Below are positions 18,136 through 27,012 of a stretch of DNA of 64,000 bases, piece by piece (the first letter of the stretch is position 1; each line of letters starts with the position of its first letter). A program made the position numbers and the translations under genes. The stretch is taken from contig OZ244207.1 in NCBI GenBank assembly GCA_965216875.1, forward strand, positions 3,168,001 through 3,232,000, written 5' to 3'. This DNA is from Rubripirellula sp. (GTDB taxonomy: Bacteria; Planctomycetota; Planctomycetia; Pirellulales; Pirellulaceae). Under the pieces are notes generated by a model. It saw only the letters and a list, made by a program, of their open reading frames with translations. It was not told the origin of the DNA and made no database searches.

Positions 18136-18921
18136 ATGAGCAGCCCCAACAGCCATCCAGCGGACGAGTCGAACGCCGAACCCTGTGCCGTCATTTTGGC
18201 CGCAGGCAAGGGAACCCGCATGAAAAGCGAGCTCCCCAAGGTCCTTTGCCCGGTCGTCGATCGCCCGATGATCCACTTTGTCCTGGACGCTCTGGAAAAA
18301 GCGGGCATCCACCGCCAGATCGTGGTGGTGGGCTACCAGGCCGACGCCGTGCGAAGCGAGCTGGAAGGTCGCGGTGGCCAAATTGAGTTTGTTGAGCAGA
18401 CCGAGCAGCTTGGCACGGGGCATGCCGTACAGATGGCCCGCGAAGCCCTGCAGACGCAAACCGGACCGACGATCGTGGTCGCGGGCGACTCGCCACTGAT
18501 TCAATCGACAAGTTTGTCAAAACTGCTCGAGCACTTCCAAAACACCCAGCCGGCACTGTTGCTCGGAACTCTGAAAAAAGACGACCCCACGGGGCTCGGG
18601 CGGATTGTGCGAAACGATGCTGGCGAGTTTATTGGCATCGTCGAGGAAAAGGACGCGACCGAAGAGCAGCGTGCGATTGATGAAGTCAACATGAGCACGT
18701 ACCTGTTCAAGACGCCCGAACTCTTGTCAGCGCTCAACGACCTCAGCAGCGACAACGCTCAACAAGAGTATTACCTCACCGACTGTGCCACCATTTTGCG
18801 TGGTGCAGGTCGGCCGGTGGAAGCCTTGCCGGTGCTGCAGCCGTGTGAGTCACTGTCAATCAACAACCCTGACGAACTCAAGATCGTCGACGAAACGATG
18901 CGGACCATGGGCTATGCGTGA
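18136..18921 (+). CDS. GlmU-like nucleotidyltransferase, N-terminal domain only
   Basis: VILAAGKGTRMKSELPKVL, QTEQLGTGHAV, GDSPL, GRIVR, EEKDA and NAQQEYYLTD. It ends at 261 aa with no hexapeptide acetyltransferase domain, and its stop overlaps the prs start. Confidence 0.88.
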   Translation: MSSPNSHPADESNAEPCAVILAAGKGTRMKSELPKVLCPVVDRPMIHFVLDALEKAGIHRQIVVVGYQADAVRSELEGRGGQIEFVEQTEQLGTGHAVQMAREALQTQTGPTIVVAGDSPLIQSTSLSKLLEHFQNTQPALLLGTLKKDDPTGLGRIVRNDAGEFIGIVEEKDATEEQRAIDEVNMSTYLFKTPELLSALNDLSSDNAQQEYYLTDCATILRGAGRPVEALPVLQPCESLSINNPDELKIVDETMRTMGYA

Positions 18922-19864
18922 ACTGAAAATCTTCAGTGGTCGAGCCAACCCCGAACTGGCCGCAAAGATCTGTCGCCACCTGCACCTGGAACCTGCTGCG
19001 ATCACGCTGGGCAAGTTCCCTGACGGCGAGAACCAGTGCCGTTTGGACGAAGACGTGCGCGGCCGCGATGTCTTTCTGGTCCAACCGACCTGCCCGCCGG
19101 TCAACGACAATCTGATCGAATTGCTGATCATGATCGATTCGTGCAAACGGGCAAGCGCTCAGCGAATCACCGCCGTGATCCCCTATTTCGGCTACGCTCG
19201 CCAGGACCGCAAAGACGAGGGCCGCGTTCCCATCACCGCCAAGCTGGCCGCCAACATCATCACCCGCGCCGGTGCCGACCGAGTGCTGACGATGGATTTG
19301 CACGCTGCCCAGATCCAAGGTTTCTTTGACGCGCCGGTCGATCACCTTTACGCCGCACCCGTGCTTAACGACCACTTTCTCGAACGTGGATTGTCCGACG
19401 ACAAAATCGTTGTGGTGTCCCCCGATGAAGGAAGCATCAAGCGGGCCAGTGGTCACGCCAAACGGCTCAATGCGAAACTCGCGATTGTCGACAAACGTCG
19501 GCACGATGCATTGGAAGTCCGACAAAACACCATCATCGGCGGACCGGTCGAAGGCAAAATCGCACTGCTGTTTGACGACATGATCTCGACCGCAGGGTCA
19601 ATCTGTGGCGCAGCCGAATTGGTCCACGCCAACGGTGCGGCCGAAATCCACATCGCTTGCACGCATGGTGTCCTTTGCGGTCCCGCAATCGCGAAGCTAC
19701 GAAACACCAAAGTCGACTCGATCGTGACGACCGACACGATTCCGATTCCAGCTGAAAAACAGCTTCCCAACCTCGTTCAATTGACCGTCGCTCCCTTGCT
19801 CGCCGAAGCGATCAAGCGAATTCACCACGATCAATCGATCAGCGAACTGTTCCGCGAACGGTAG
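18914..19864 (+). CDS. prs: Ribose-phosphate pyrophosphokinase
   Basis: MRELKIFSG, FPDGE, PYFGYARQDRK, MDLHAAQIQGFFD, VVSPDEG and DDMISTAGS. ATG at 18914. Confidence 0.96.
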   Translation: MRELKIFSGRANPELAAKICRHLHLEPAAITLGKFPDGENQCRLDEDVRGRDVFLVQPTCPPVNDNLIELLIMIDSCKRASAQRITAVIPYFGYARQDRKDEGRVPITAKLAANIITRAGADRVLTMDLHAAQIQGFFDAPVDHLYAAPVLNDHFLERGLSDDKIVVVSPDEGSIKRASGHAKRLNAKLAIVDKRRHDALEVRQNTIIGGPVEGKIALLFDDMISTAGSICGAAELVHANGAAEIHIACTHGVLCGPAIAKLRNTKVDSIVTTDTIPIPAEKQLPNLVQLTVAPLLAEAIKRIHHDQSISELFRER

Positions 19865-19900
19865 GCTCAAGCGGGATGCCAGTCGCGGTAAGACGACACG

Positions 19901-20269
19901 ATGCCCAATCCCTACGAGCCGCCCGAAACAATCGCAAAAGAAGAAAGCTCGGCAAGCGTCGATGAATCGGCTCGGCCCTCGCTGATCGTGAAACTGGTGG
20001 TCGGCACGATCTTGTTTTTCCTGTTTGTCTTCTTCAGCCTCGGTACCTACCTGGCGCTCAACCCGGACGCGATCACCAGCGGAAACATCGCGCAGCGTCT
20101 CAATCCATCGCCGCCTCCTAAATATGGAATCGCCGCCGCATGGGCGCTTCTGTCGGCAATCGTCTTGGCGGCATTGGTTGCCTTGATCCGAGATACCATG
20201 CGGGCTCTCCAGTTGAGACTGGACGCTCGAGGACGCACTCGCGGCGGACGGCGACAGTCGAATCTGTGA
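19901..20269 (+). CDS. Small two-TM hypothetical membrane protein with N-terminal NPY motif
   Basis: MPNPYEPP start and two hydrophobic segments. Confidence 0.6.
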   Translation: MPNPYEPPETIAKEESSASVDESARPSLIVKLVVGTILFFLFVFFSLGTYLALNPDAITSGNIAQRLNPSPPPKYGIAAAWALLSAIVLAALVALIRDTMRALQLRLDARGRTRGGRRQSNL

Positions 20270-20435
20270 GTACGCTCATTCGAGCAATTCGTGTGATTCG
20301 TGGTTCCGCATCTTCCGCTGATACCGATTTCTTTCTCTTGCTTTGGCGGCTCGGATTTTCGTAGCGTCACCTCCCGTGGGTTGATGTTCAATCAACCCGG
20401 TGAAATCGCAGAGTTTCACACGGGGTTTCCGTGTC

Positions 20436-21287
20436 ATGTCGACGAGTCATTCACCGTCAAATTCGCCGCAACCGCGTCGGGTGACCTCAATCTTTGGCAG
20501 TCCGCAGATTTGCAAGACCGCCAACTTCCGCCTCACGAGCCTGCTATGGATGGCAGGAATCGCGTTGCTGATGGTCCCCTTGATGACGCTGGTCGACGTT
20601 CCCATCTCGCGCTGGTTCTCCAAAGACCCGCTACCGAGCGAGGTCGGCGATGCCCTCGACCTGATCATCATCTACGCACACGGCACCGGCATTTTCCTGA
20701 TCATGGTCGGGATCATTTTGCTTGCGCCACGGCGGCGCTGGCACGTGCCTCGGCTCGCAGCCCTCGCAATGGGCGGCGGTGCGGTCGCGACGATCACCAA
20801 AATGTTCGTGCTGCGACCAAGGCCCAACAGCCTGAACCTGAACATTGCCACCTACGACTACGCGTGGATCTGGTCCTTCGACTGGACGCTCGAACACGTC
20901 GCCTACTTTGATCCAAGCACACGCGCTTTCCCGAGTGCCTATTTGGCCACCGCGACGGCGTTGACCGTAGGACTGTGGGTAGCACTTCCACGTGGACGCT
21001 GGTTGTTCCTATCGCTTTGCCTGGCCACGATGGTGCAACGGCTCTATTGCGGTGCCCATTTCATGAGCGACCTGTTTGGCTCAGCCGCCGTTGGCCTTTT
21101 CTGGGGCTACGTCTGCTACCACCCGAATCTACTCGGCACCTTGTTCGACAAGATGGAGCCCGAGAAATCTCCTCGTCGACGCAGGATGGCCAGCCAACAG
21201 CAGGTCAAAGCTGAACCGGTTGGCGATACTGAGGATGAGACGCTCGATCAAGACGCGCCAGACAAGAGTGACCGAATCGCCGCGTAG
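20436..21287 (+). CDS. PAP2-family membrane phosphatase-like protein
   Basis: C1 KMFVLRPRP, C2 variant FPSAY, C3 QRLYCGAHFMSD, and multiple TM helices. Confidence 0.8.
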   Translation: MSTSHSPSNSPQPRRVTSIFGSPQICKTANFRLTSLLWMAGIALLMVPLMTLVDVPISRWFSKDPLPSEVGDALDLIIIYAHGTGIFLIMVGIILLAPRRRWHVPRLAALAMGGGAVATITKMFVLRPRPNSLNLNIATYDYAWIWSFDWTLEHVAYFDPSTRAFPSAYLATATALTVGLWVALPRGRWLFLSLCLATMVQRLYCGAHFMSDLFGSAAVGLFWGYVCYHPNLLGTLFDKMEPEKSPRRRRMASQQQVKAEPVGDTEDETLDQDAPDKSDRIAA

Positions 21288-21290
21288 CCC

Positions 21291-21382
21291 CGTGAGCCGA
21301 ACGCAATGTTTGTAGAACCGCCTTCAGGCGGAAGATTCCGGCTAAAGCTCGGGACTACGAACCGTTGAGATCGCGGCTCACG
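21291..21382. repeat. Nested REP-like composite
   Basis: Outer inverted ends CGTGAGCCG (21291) and CGGCTCACG (about 21374-21382) enclose an inner inverted pair GTAGAACCGCCTTCAGGCGG...CCGGCTAAAGCTCGGGACTAC. Confidence 0.7.
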
Positions 21383-21394
21383 ACATCAGCTGCT

Positions 21395-21598
21395 CTAGCG
21401 TTGTTCGCGGTAGGTCACCCAGCTCATGTAGATCATTGCAGCACCGAGCACAATGAACGTGATGTTCATGAGGGGTTTGGTGTATCCAAGCGGCGCGATG
21501 TTCGTCATTCCGGCCATGCCCATCGCGGCATCAAACAGGAACAGGACGACGATCAAAATCGACGCCACAAGGCTGGTCAGACAGAGAGCCTTGGGCAT
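21395..21598 (-). CDS. Small two-TM hypothetical protein
   Basis: MPKALCLTSLVASILIVVLFLFD...ITFIVLGAAMIYMSWVTYREQR. Clean ORF in an otherwise unoccupied gap. Confidence 0.7.
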   Translation of the reverse strand: MPKALCLTSLVASILIVVLFLFDAAMGMAGMTNIAPLGYTKPLMNITFIVLGAAMIYMSWVTYREQR

Positions 21599-21792
21599 CA
21601 AAAACCTCGTCGAAAAGCAGCGGGGAGAAGAGACGACAGTGAAGTAAACACAGTTGTTGGGTCGCAGTATAGTTGCTAACTGCCGTGTTTCCCAAGCCTA
21701 CGGGCAATCGCTAGATTATCGAGACTGGAAAAAGTCACATTTGTAGCGATTAATCCGGGGATTCCAACATGCTAGGGGACTCAGAGGACAGT

Positions 21793-22986
21793 ATGTCAGC
21801 CGCAGCCGAGATTTCAACGGGCGACGATTCGCTCGAAAAAACACCCTGGCGGTGGTGGCGGGATCGGATGCCGGTGACCGCAAAATGGGCCTATTTCGAC
21901 CACGCGGCGGTCGCCCCGCTGTCTCAGCCCGCCGGCGACGCGATCGCCCAAATGACCGACCAAGCCGTCCACATGGGCGACACCGTTTGGCCAGAATGGG
22001 CGGCCAAGCAGGACGCATTGAGAACCGGGTTCGCCGAGCTGACGGGGGCCCCCACGGGCGACATTTGTCTCGTCCCCAACACCACGACGGGCATCAACCT
22101 CATTGCCGAGGGTTGGCCTTGGAAGCCCGGAGATAGCGTTGTTTTGCCCGAGGGCGAGTTTCCAAGCAATCTCTTCCCATGGCTCAACCAGCAATCACGC
22201 GGCGTCGAGGTGAGGCTGGTCCCGCGTCGCGAGGGAGGTGAAGTCCTTGTCGAAGATCTGATCGACCACTGTGATGCGACCACTCGGATCATCTCGGTCA
22301 GCTGGGTGGGCTATGCGAGTGGTTTTCGCATCGATGTCGATTCACTGGTCAAGCAAGCCCACCAGCGAGGGATCGCGGTGTTTCTTGACGCAATCCAGGG
22401 CCTCGGAATCTTCCCAATTGATTTAAGCGAGACTCCGGTCGATTTCTTGGCTGCAGATGGGCACAAATGGTTGCTCGGCCCGGAAGGGGCCGGCGTGGCG
22501 ATCATTCGCAAGGCCCATCTGGATCGACTGCGCGCGGGCAACGTCGGTTGGGCGAGCGTCAAGAATTCTTTCAACTACGCTTCCCCGACCTTCGAGCTCC
22601 GCGGCCAAGCCTCACGTTTCGAAGGTGGTTCAGCCAATCTGCTTGGCATGGCGGGCCTCGCCGCGAGTCTCGAGATATTCTTGCAGGTCCGCCGCGTGCA
22701 CGGCGCCAACGCGATCGGCGAGCGCGTTGTGGATCTGGCGAGCCGGCTGAGCGATCAACTGCAGGCCGCTGGGGCGGAGAGCCGCTTTCCGACTGCGGAA
22801 GACCACCAAAGCGGAATCGTCACGTTCAATGTTCCTGGGGTCGAGGCGGCCGAGGTGCGTCGGCGTGGGCTTGAGCAGCACGTCGTTTTGAGCTGCCGAG
22901 ACGGGGGCGTCCGGGCGGCGATTCACGCCTACAATAATGATGACGATCTCGACCGGTTGATTTCACTCGTGAAGTCGCTGAGCTAG
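21793..22986 (+). CDS. Aminotransferase class V, PLP-dependent enzyme (cysteine desulfurase/Sec lyase superfamily)
   Basis: YFDHAAVAP, PNTTTGIN, EFPSN, LDAIQGLG, DGHKWLLGPEG (PLP lysine), RFEGGS and HAYN. Confidence 0.9.
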   Translation: MSAAAEISTGDDSLEKTPWRWWRDRMPVTAKWAYFDHAAVAPLSQPAGDAIAQMTDQAVHMGDTVWPEWAAKQDALRTGFAELTGAPTGDICLVPNTTTGINLIAEGWPWKPGDSVVLPEGEFPSNLFPWLNQQSRGVEVRLVPRREGGEVLVEDLIDHCDATTRIISVSWVGYASGFRIDVDSLVKQAHQRGIAVFLDAIQGLGIFPIDLSETPVDFLAADGHKWLLGPEGAGVAIIRKAHLDRLRAGNVGWASVKNSFNYASPTFELRGQASRFEGGSANLLGMAGLAASLEIFLQVRRVHGANAIGERVVDLASRLSDQLQAAGAESRFPTAEDHQSGIVTFNVPGVEAAEVRRRGLEQHVVLSCRDGGVRAAIHAYNNDDDLDRLISLVKSLS

Positions 22987-23036
22987 CGCCGCCGCTGGCA
23001 CTTTTCTTCCTCTGAACTCGCTTCGAAAGCCCATCG

Positions 23037-23537
23037 ATGTCCAACCCACGCGTCGCCGTCTACACCGGATCGTTCGACCCGGTCACGCTGGGGCATCTGC
23101 ACATCATCCAACGTGCCGCGCCGCTATTTGACGACTTGGTCATCGGAATCGGCATCAACGCTGACAAGCGTGCCCTGTTCGATCCCGAGCAACGGGTCGA
23201 GCTCGTTCGTCTTGTCACTGGTGAATTGAGCAACGTGCGAGTGGAGATCTTTACGGGCTTGGCCGTCGACTTCGTCAAGGGTCTCGAGGCGCGCGTGATG
23301 ATTCGCGGGATTCGACCGCTTACCGACATCGCAGGTGAATTCACCATGATGATGGCCAATCACCAGCTCGACCCAAGCATCGAAACGCTCTTCTTGATGG
23401 CTGACGAGCGATTCGCGCACGTCAGCAGCAGCCTGTTGAAGCAAATCGCCGCCCTCAGTGACGACGACGAACAACTAGCCAAGTTTGTGCCAAGAGAGAT
23501 CATCGCTCCGCTTCGCGAGCGACTCAGCAGCAAGTGA
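23037..23537 (+). CDS. coaD: Phosphopantetheine adenylyltransferase
   Basis: YTGSFDPVTLGHLHII, IRGIR, N..LDPSIETLFL and VSSSLLKQIA. Confidence 0.95.
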   Translation: MSNPRVAVYTGSFDPVTLGHLHIIQRAAPLFDDLVIGIGINADKRALFDPEQRVELVRLVTGELSNVRVEIFTGLAVDFVKGLEARVMIRGIRPLTDIAGEFTMMMANHQLDPSIETLFLMADERFAHVSSSLLKQIAALSDDDEQLAKFVPREIIAPLRERLSSK

Positions 23538-23560
23538 TCAAACGGGTTCGCTTGGCAACG

Positions 23561-24850
23561 TCAAACCTTATTCAGAATCTCGCGCACATCCATGACATAG
23601 ACTTGCCGGCCGCCGTCATGGGGACTGTCGACGGCGACAAGGGTGCCGTCGTCGCTTGATCTTGGGTGCGTGTCGCATCGCCACTCTCCACGGTAAGGCT
23701 TCGGGGAGGGAAATCGACCGAGATCAAATCGTTGGCCACTCGGCACGTGATACAGGAAAACGGTTTGCCGCGACGTCCGGTCAGGATAGGTGTCGTTCAG
23801 AATCCAATCGCCGTAGGGCGCCGGAAGATAAGTGTTGTGCCCATTGGTGGGCATCTTGTCCTGACCGACTGGAACGACTTTTCGCGTCTTGTCAGTAAAA
23901 CGATAGAAGCCGTTTTTCTCTCCCGCAGGTCGTGTCCACATGGTTACATCGACATCGTCTTTCCAAATGAAGTGCGACGTGTACCCTGACGGGTCAAGAA
24001 CATAGCGGTCCGTACCATCGACGTTGGCCGTGATCATCCGCGTGACAAACCCACCCTGGTACTTCAGTGTTTTTGGGTCGAACTTCGGTCGATAACGGTG
24101 CAAAACAATGAAGCGGGTTCCCGATGGATTGATCAACAGGTGGTTGAAGTAGTGCCAAGCTTCCTCGTGTTTGCTGCCATCGGGCCATGCGATCTTTGCA
24201 ACGTCCGCCAACGAAAGAATCAATTCGTCGCGTCCGGTCTTCAGGTCGACGCGCCAAATCCCCGACTCCTCGGGCGCTCGCTGATCCACATAGGGATCGG
24301 CTAAACCGTCATACCCATACCCTGGACGCAAATTGTCGATGCGTCGAAAGTCGGCGGACAAACCAAAGGATCCATCACGTGAAACGGTGTAGATGGGGCG
24401 GGGCAGGGTGCGTGTTTGTTGATCGCCGAAGGAGTGAATTCGGGAGACAAAAGCGTCACCCTCGCGATCATTCCACAGGATTTTGTCACCACCGGCGCCA
24501 ACCCATTGCAACATGCAACCTTGCTGCCATCCCCACGCATGGCTCTGGCCAACCTCGACCCACGCATCGTGATTGCCGGTGTCAACGTAACCGACCTTGA
24601 TCGAATCCTCGCCCGTAGGTGTGCGTCCCTCGAATGCGATTTGATTCGCGAGCACGTATCGATTGTCGGGACTGAATTCTCGCTTGTCGTAGTAACCGAA
24701 CCAATGGTTGAGCGGACCGCGAGTGATCGCGCGCGTCGGCACGAACGTTTCAAGTGGCCCCGTTTCCGCTGCAAAAGATTGTCGAGAAAAGAACGTGCCG
24801 GCCGTGGATGCAGCGGCAATTGCGAGACATTGTCGGCGCGAACAATGCAT
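23561..24850 (-). CDS. Tat-exported beta-propeller protein (TolB/oligogalacturonate-lyase-like)
   Basis: SRRQCL twin-arginine leader. Motifs HWFGYYDK, WGWQQGCMLQW, YFNHLLINPSGTRF, SHFIW, NDTYPD and RCDTHPR. Confidence 0.7.
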   Translation of the reverse strand: MHCSRRQCLAIAAASTAGTFFSRQSFAAETGPLETFVPTRAITRGPLNHWFGYYDKREFSPDNRYVLANQIAFEGRTPTGEDSIKVGYVDTGNHDAWVEVGQSHAWGWQQGCMLQWVGAGGDKILWNDREGDAFVSRIHSFGDQQTRTLPRPIYTVSRDGSFGLSADFRRIDNLRPGYGYDGLADPYVDQRAPEESGIWRVDLKTGRDELILSLADVAKIAWPDGSKHEEAWHYFNHLLINPSGTRFIVLHRYRPKFDPKTLKYQGGFVTRMITANVDGTDRYVLDPSGYTSHFIWKDDVDVTMWTRPAGEKNGFYRFTDKTRKVVPVGQDKMPTNGHNTYLPAPYGDWILNDTYPDRTSRQTVFLYHVPSGQRFDLGRFPSPKPYRGEWRCDTHPRSSDDGTLVAVDSPHDGGRQVYVMDVREILNKV

Positions 24851-24994
24851 GATGACTTTCAATTCAAAGGTGGGAAGTGTTGGTAGGAGCCGACCAGTAT
24901 AACTTCCCGCTAGGCGATGCTTCCAGCTTACGACACGCGTTCGGTGCCGCGCCGAATGACCTCAACGATCGCAAGCTGAAAGACGCCACCTATG

Positions 24995-25058
24995 AAAAAA
25001 ACACCATCAGGCCGAGGGTCTGCCGGGGCACTGCAGACATCTCAGACCTGATGGCGTT
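24995..25058 (-). terminator. Long hairpin plus U-tract downstream of flgK
   Basis: Minus strand AACGCCATCAGGTCTGAGATGTCTGC-loop-GCAGACCCTCGGCCTGATGGTGTT, running into a T7 tract. Confidence 0.65.
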
Positions 25059-25184
25059 GGCTCACTTAAAGACGCGTGAAACGGCGCAATGACCGCCGCG
25101 TTTTTTTGAAAAACGTGATCTTGCCGTTTTGCCTACGCAAGAACCGGCGACGCAACGAACGAAAGGTTGCGAAGAAAAGAACGC

Positions 25185-26873
25185 CTAGAGAGCGACGAGG
25201 ATCTCGAGCATTTCACTCGCTGTCGAAATCACCCGCGAAGAAGCTTGAAAGGAACGCTGATAGGCAATCATGCGAATTGATTCTTCGTCAATGTTCACAC
25301 CCGTGATCGCCAAGTGCTGACTCTGCAACGTTGCGTAGAAGTTGCGAAGTCCTTCCGTGGCACTGGTCTGCAGATTGATTTGCTGACCGAGAACTGCCAC
25401 AGCGTCTTCATAAGTCTTGCGTACCGACCCGCCGCCCAGATGGTCCAGCGGGCGGTCAACCAAATCGATCATGTCGGTCAGCACATCGGTGTCTTCCCCG
25501 ATTCCCGTTCGACTGACCGCCAAGTAGTCCGCGTTCTCTTGAAGCAACGGGTTAACGGCGATATCGACCGTGCTGCGTCCGACAAAGAACGTGTTGATCC
25601 CCATCGCGGCAAGAAAGTCACTGGTGTCGTCGGCGAAGGTAATCTGCGCGGTCGGTGAATCGGACGTGATTTCCAAGCGTCCGGAACTTGAAACCGAAGC
25701 CGAGATCCCATTGATCGCGTCAATGTCCGCCGCGATCGAATTCAGCGTCGAGTCGGTTACCTGCCCGAGCCTGCGGACGTTGATGCGGTGGTTCGAAATC
25801 ACGAGCCCGTCGACGTCAACAAGGTTGATGTCGAATGTTCCATTTTCCGGAACCCACGGGAGCCCCGCATCCGCGAGCGGAACGCCTGGTTCGCCGACGT
25901 TGGCGGAAATAATCTCTGAGTAACCCTTGCGGCCCTGACCTTGCGCGTGAACCTCGTTCACTGCGCGAATGAGCGCCGTCCCAATCTCATCAACATTGTC
26001 GATGAAGCCGCCGAAGATCTCATCCCGCGCTTGGACGGTGGCCGCCAGAGTACCGCCGGTGACTTCGAGAGGTGAATCCGTTTGAATGATTCGAACCTCG
26101 TTGCCGCCCGCGTCATTGTCGTACGCGGTATAGACTTCGCGGTGGATCCCGTTGCTGACCAGAAAGTCACCGCCCACAAAGACAGCGACCGAACCGCTCT
26201 CTTGCTCTTGAATGTTGATGGAGACGTACGAACTGAGTTCTTCCAAATCTTGCAGGCGTTGATCGCGAAGCCCCGCGGCATCGCTGTGAACCAAACCGCC
26301 CCCTTCGATGGTCGCGATCTGCAAATTCAACCGTGCAATCCGCTCAATCAGTCGATTGATCTCGGTGGCGATATTATCGAGGTCGCCATTCCACGACTCT
26401 TTACGATCAATGACCTCCTCGCGCGTCCGCTTCAGGTTGGTCGCGAGGGTGTCACCCTGAAGAATCACGAAGTCTCGCAGCGAAGAATCGTTTGGTTGGC
26501 CGGCCAGTTCGAGCAGAGCGTTGTTGAATAGCGAGAGTTGTTGATTCAGCCCCGAGTTGTCCAAGTCCGTCGTCAACTCCTCGAGCTGCGAATAGGCTTT
26601 GTCGAGTGTTTCGCCTCCGGACATCGCTGTTTGCGCCGCAAACATCCGTTCGGCCAGGGCTTTGTCGACCGCTTGGGTGATCCCAATCGCTCGAACGCCG
26701 TGGCCCTTGATGAGATTCCCGTCACGAACAGCCTCGGCAGGAACCAATTCAAGGCTTTGCCGAATGTAGCCAGGGGTGTTCGCATTGGCGATATTATTGC
26801 CAACCACCTGCAGACCGATTTGCGAGGTCTGCAGTGCCGCGGATGACTGTTGAATTGTGCCCAGAAGGCCCAT
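25185..26873 (-). CDS. flgK: Flagellar hook-associated protein 1
   Basis: GLQVVGNNIANANTPGYIRQ, LRDQR..DLEELS, GVNIDEE and YQRSFQASSRVI. Confidence 0.93.
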   Translation of the reverse strand: MGLLGTIQQSSAALQTSQIGLQVVGNNIANANTPGYIRQSLELVPAEAVRDGNLIKGHGVRAIGITQAVDKALAERMFAAQTAMSGGETLDKAYSQLEELTTDLDNSGLNQQLSLFNNALLELAGQPNDSSLRDFVILQGDTLATNLKRTREEVIDRKESWNGDLDNIATEINRLIERIARLNLQIATIEGGGLVHSDAAGLRDQRLQDLEELSSYVSINIQEQESGSVAVFVGGDFLVSNGIHREVYTAYDNDAGGNEVRIIQTDSPLEVTGGTLAATVQARDEIFGGFIDNVDEIGTALIRAVNEVHAQGQGRKGYSEIISANVGEPGVPLADAGLPWVPENGTFDINLVDVDGLVISNHRINVRRLGQVTDSTLNSIAADIDAINGISASVSSSGRLEITSDSPTAQITFADDTSDFLAAMGINTFFVGRSTVDIAVNPLLQENADYLAVSRTGIGEDTDVLTDMIDLVDRPLDHLGGGSVRKTYEDAVAVLGQQINLQTSATEGLRNFYATLQSQHLAITGVNIDEESIRMIAYQRSFQASSRVISTASEMLEILVAL

Positions 26874-27012
26874 CGGAAACCCCTCCCGTAGAATCGGGCG
26901 CGCACCACACGGCGCGCATAATCCGATCCTTCATCCATTGATTCGACCATCCCAACCGGCACAATCCACAAAATCAGCCAACTTTGCCATCTTCCGTACG
27001 GGGGAATCATCG

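Noticed and set aside
21793..22986. Selenocysteine lyase/SufS functionally tied to the candidate selenoprotein
   Set aside because: It lacks the RxGHHC-type catalytic loop (reads LSCRDGG), lies about 9 kb away and appears operonic with coaD.
25060..25184. c-di-GMP-I riboswitch (GGCAAAAC seen on the minus strand)
   Set aside because: The following GNRA-capped stem and the second conserved stem could not be identified.
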